From: Cylindrospermopsis raciborskii Cr2010
GTDB taxonomy: Bacteria; Cyanobacteriota; Cyanobacteriia; Cyanobacteriales; Nostocaceae
Assembly: GCF_003367075.2 (NCBI RefSeq)
Contig: NZ_CP065936.1
Span: 3,150,001-3,182,000, forward strand
Direction: 5' to 3'
Length of the DNA: 32,000 bases
The position numbers and the translations under genes are program-made. The notes beneath the pieces are model-generated. The model was not told the DNA's origin. It did not search any database and was given only the letters and a program-made list of their open reading frames with translations. Below, piece by piece: positions 29,291 through 32,000 of the stretch. Positions within the stretch are counted from its first letter, which is position 1; the number at the start of each line of letters is the position of its first letter.

Positions 29291-30475
29291 CTATACCAAA
29301 GCTGTTTGTCCAATACGCATGGCTCGTGCCAATTCTGCTGCTACCTCGGGACGAGAAAACTCAGGTGGCGGTAATTCACCACGACGCAACATTTCTCTAA
29401 CCTTTGTCCCTGAGAGGTGAACTCGCTCTCCTGGGGTACTAGGACTAGTTTTAGTGGTAGCCATTTGTTTCGTACGGGTACAATAGAAAGCATGTTCAAA
29501 TTTCATTGGTACAATGCCCAGTTCTGAAGGTTGAAACTCATCGAAGATATATTGAGCATCATAAGTACCATAATAGTCGCCCACACCCGCATGGTCTCTA
29601 CCTACTATAAAATGGGTACAACCATAGTTCTTACGAACTATTGCATGGAAGATAGCTTCCCTAGGTCCAGCATAGCGCATAGCAGCAGGGTTAATTGCTA
29701 GAATTACCCGATCCAAGGGATAATAATGCTCGATTAAAATTTCATAGCAGCGCATGCGAACATCCGCTGGAATATCATCTTCCTTGGTAGCGCCCACCAG
29801 GGGATGTAGAAATAGACCATCAACAGTTTCTAACGCACACTTTTGAATGTATTCATGGGCCCGATGAATGGGGTTACGAGTTTGAAAGCCCACAATAGTT
29901 TTCCAGCCTTTTTCCCGGAACATTTGTCGAGAAGCTGCAGGGTCTATTTGGTAGGTGGGAAAGTGGGGGTGAGCATCACGTTGCAGTAACCAGATATCCC
30001 CAGCCAGATTCACAGAACCCTGGGCATATACTACTTGAACTCCTGGATGTTGGGCTTCGTCTGTGCGATAGACATTCGCAGCCTCGCGCTTTTTATTGTA
30101 GGTATATTTTTCACTGAGTTCCAACACGCCAATATATTCACCTTGGGAGTTATCTAGACGTACTAACCCACCCACCTGCAAAGGACTTGCCACTTCTTCT
30201 GTCACAGACAAAGTGATGGGAATTGACCAAACTACACCATTAGCCAGACGCATTTCCTCTACTACACGGTTGTAGTCCACCTGGTTCATAAAACCAGTTA
30301 AGGGACTAAAACCACCAATGGCTATCATTTCTAAGTCTGAAACAGCCCGCTCATCCAGGATCACTCTCGGTAGGAAATCAGCTTTAGCACAAAAAAATTC
30401 TTTTTGTTCTGGTGAAGCAACTCGGTTTATTAACTCTCCGCCGTGGGGGGCGATCGCATCTCGATGGTAACTCAA
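29291..30475 (-). CDS. sat: Sulfate adenylyltransferase (ATP sulfurylase)
   Basis: [11 protein letters not shown] and GRDHAG motifs. The probable start is TTG 30475 (GGAAGGA 6 nt upstream, giving [18 protein letters not shown]). The longest ORF reaches ATG 30550. Confidence 0.9.
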   Translation of the reverse strand: MSYHRDAIAPHGGELINRVASPEQKEFFCAKADFLPRVILDERAVSDLEMIAIGGFSPLTGFMNQVDYNRVVEEMRLANGVVWSIPITLSVTEEVASPLQVGGLVRLDNSQGEYIGVLELSEKYTYNKKREAANVYRTDEAQHPGVQVVYAQGSVNLAGDIWLLQRDAHPHFPTYQIDPAASRQMFREKGWKTIVGFQTRNPIHRAHEYIQKCALETVDGLFLHPLVGATKEDDIPADVRMRCYEILIEHYYPLDRVILAINPAAMRYAGPREAIFHAIVRKNYGCTHFIVGRDHAGVGDYYGTYDAQYIFDEFQPSELGIVPMKFEHAFYCTRTKQMATTKTSPSTPGERVHLSGTKVREMLRRGELPPPEFSRPEVAAELARAMRIGQTALV

Positions 30476-30645
30476 GGTGATCCTTCCGTAATTTAGTAAT
30501 TTATAGTTTTGTTGCCAATCAATTAATAAGTTATCAAATGCTTGGTGCACTGTCCTAGTAGTTTGGCAAAAAAATTTCTTGGTGGTGCGGTGCCCAAACT
30601 ACATTAAAATTTTGCCATCTTTGGTAACTACACCGCAAGTCCTAA

Positions 30646-31254
30646 TTATTGGATCAGATCCGGGAAAACAATTTCCTCATAAAACTCCTGGATCGGCAAA
30701 CTCAAGCTAATGCTTTTTAGCTCCACCCGATCACCTGGGCGATCGCTCAGAATTAACCAGTCACCTGTCTCATTTTTGTGATAAATATCAATTGCGATTT
30801 CGTCAGAGCTGGCTAATACGTAATCAATCAAGTTGGGATTACGTCTGTACTTTTCAAACTTATTACCACGACTATATGCCTCAGTACCGCTCGATAGAAC
30901 TTCAACGATTAAACAGGGATAGGTAATATAGAGGGAATGCTCCCGATCTCGATTGTCGCAAGTTACACTCAAATCTGGATAAGTATAGTTAGAAGTTCCA
31001 AGGATATTAACCTTTAGGTCTGAGTTAAAAACTTGACATGTACTTCCTCGCAGATGAGACCGAATTAATAATAAAAAATTAATTGCGATCGCACTGTGAT
31101 TTTGTGTGCCACCACTCATTGCATATACGCGACCATCGATTAGCTCGTGCTTTTCTAACTGCTGTTCTTCCCAGCAAAAATACTCTTCAGGTGTAAAAAA
31201 CTGGTCTTGTTCTTTGACTGCAATCATAGGAATCATCTGAACTAAAATTGACAT
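30646..31254 (-). CDS. Uma2-family (DUF820) restriction-endonuclease-fold protein
   Basis: FTPEEYFCWEEQ...ELIDGRVYAMSGGTQNHS...YPDLSV...IVEVLS..TEAYSRGNKFEKY pattern typical of Uma2. Confidence 0.8.
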   Translation of the reverse strand: MSILVQMIPMIAVKEQDQFFTPEEYFCWEEQQLEKHELIDGRVYAMSGGTQNHSAIAINFLLLIRSHLRGSTCQVFNSDLKVNILGTSNYTYPDLSVTCDNRDREHSLYITYPCLIVEVLSSGTEAYSRGNKFEKYRRNPNLIDYVLASSDEIAIDIYHKNETGDWLILSDRPGDRVELKSISLSLPIQEFYEEIVFPDLIQ

Positions 31255-31281
31255 ACTCCCCTACCTTTTTATCACTTTACT

Positions 31282-31598
31282 TTACTCCTGCTCAAAGGCC
31301 TGACTGTTAAATTTGAGGGTGCGGCAATTTTCTGTGACAGTGCGCACCACATCATCAGGTACACCATCGGGAATGTCTGCTTCAATTTCTAATACTATCC
31401 TAACTTTCGCATCTTTTAAGCTGGTTAGGTGCTGAATGATTTCATTGGCGATCGCAGGAGCATCGCGATTAATTCGTAAGGGGTCAATCTCTACTGTGCC
31501 ATGAAATCTCTTGAGCTGGGGTTTTGTTTCTCTGGTTCTCTCGGTTGGGGTGGGTTCTTGGGTGGGTTGGATCGGTTTTTTAGGCGTTGCATAATAGA
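31282..31598 (-). pseudogene. 3'-terminal remnant of a larger gene (C-terminal domain resembling DUF499-type defence-associated ATPases), truncated by IS1 insertion
   Basis: KRFHGTVEIDPLRINRDAPAIANEIIQHLTSLKDAKVRIVLEIEADIPDGVPDDVVRTVTENCRTLKFNSQAFEQE. The apparent N-terminus of the 128-aa ORF runs antisense into the IS. The family call is from memory. Confidence 0.5.
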
Positions 31599-32000
31599 GG
31601 TATGAATTGAGGTAATCTACTGTGCATTGTCCAAACTGCGGGTCTTCCAAAATCAGAAAGAATGGCAAACGTCGAGGTAAACAAAATCACATTTGTGTTG
31701 ATTGTGGTCGTCAATTTATCGATGTCTATAGTCCACCTAAAGGCTATTCAGAAGAAGTTAAACAAAGTTGCCTGCGCTCTTATGTTAACGGTATGGGATT
31801 TAGAGCAATTGAACGCGATAAAGGCGTTCATCATACAACTATTATTTACTGGCTAAAACAAATTGGTTCCATACTTCCAGATGCTCCACCAGGAAACACC
31901 CTTGGTAGGTGAGCTTGATGAGTTGGAGACCTTTGTGGGATCAAAAAAAAACAAAATATGGTTGTGGACAGCAGTAAATCACTTCCGTAAAAATATCCTG
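31599..32000 (+). mobile_element. IS1-family insertion sequence (left part; continues beyond window)
   Basis: The end sequence resembles an IS1 terminal repeat (GGTATGAATTGAGGTAATCTAC). It is followed by InsA- and InsB-like coding sequence. The left boundary is approximate. Confidence 0.7.
31622..31912 (+). CDS. insA: IS1 InsA-like protein (zinc finger plus HTH)
   Basis: CPNCGS...CVDCGRQF zinc finger and GFRAIERDKGVHHTTIIYWLKQ HTH. An InsB-like frame (VGELDELETFVGSKKNKIWLWTAVNH) follows in the +1 frame to the window end. Confidence 0.8.
   Translation: MHCPNCGSSKIRKNGKRRGKQNHICVDCGRQFIDVYSPPKGYSEEVKQSCLRSYVNGMGFRAIERDKGVHHTTIIYWLKQIGSILPDAPPGNTLGR

Noticed and set aside
31662-31856. 64-aa alternate-frame ORF within IS1 insA
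   Set aside because: The InsA frame has clear zinc-finger and HTH motifs, and this frame has none.
1-32000. CRISPR arrays, rRNA genes, group II introns/retrons, prophage or integrase genes next to tRNA-Pro
   Set aside because: I found no regularly spaced direct repeats, no rRNA-like or RT-like sequence, and the genes flanking the tRNA are ordinary core genes.

Overview
This is a cyanobacterial chromosome segment. It is visibly AT-rich and I located at least 14 copies of the HIP1 palindrome GCGATCGC by eye. Gene content and repeat types suggest a filamentous Nostocales-type genome, but that is inference only.

Most of the window is core housekeeping. It contains htpG, a GUN4-domain gene, cbiQ/ecfT-der, rlmN, tRNA-Pro(CGG), dps, mtnP and sat. 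It also contains the divergent sufR / sufB-sufC-sufD-sufS Fe-S assembly locus with two CAAC-N6-GTTG SufR operators.

Two stretches are accessory and visibly decayed.
- 20.5-26.9 kb: a ~75-bp inverted repeat pair brackets a cassette built only of gene fragments, a promoter-containing, start-less, internally deleted copy of mtnP fused to a solute-binding-protein fragment. The same stretch holds an orphan membrane-anchored solute-binding protein, a 25-bp direct repeat pair, a vapB plus truncated vapC module, and an IS4-family element whose transposase carries an in-frame TGA and an A6-tract frameshift. It ends with a Tat-signal caspase-fold protein lacking both catalytic residues.
- 30.6-32.0 kb: a Uma2 endonuclease gene, a C-terminal gene remnant that I think derives from a large DUF499-type defence ATPase, and the IS1-family element that cut it, which runs off the window.

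I see no CRISPR array, rRNA, reverse transcriptase or intact recognisable defence operon, and no intact, clearly novel multi-gene system.

The best candidates for something undescribed are:
- the 2.7-5.0 kb three-gene membrane/periplasmic module, which pairs a DsbD_2-like::MsrQ-like fusion with a protein predicted to have a mature N-terminal His;
- the Pack-MITE-like fragment cassette;
- the exported pseudo-orthocaspase;
- an orphan promoter/terminator pair upstream of dps.

All family assignments come from motif recognition by eye. No searches were run.
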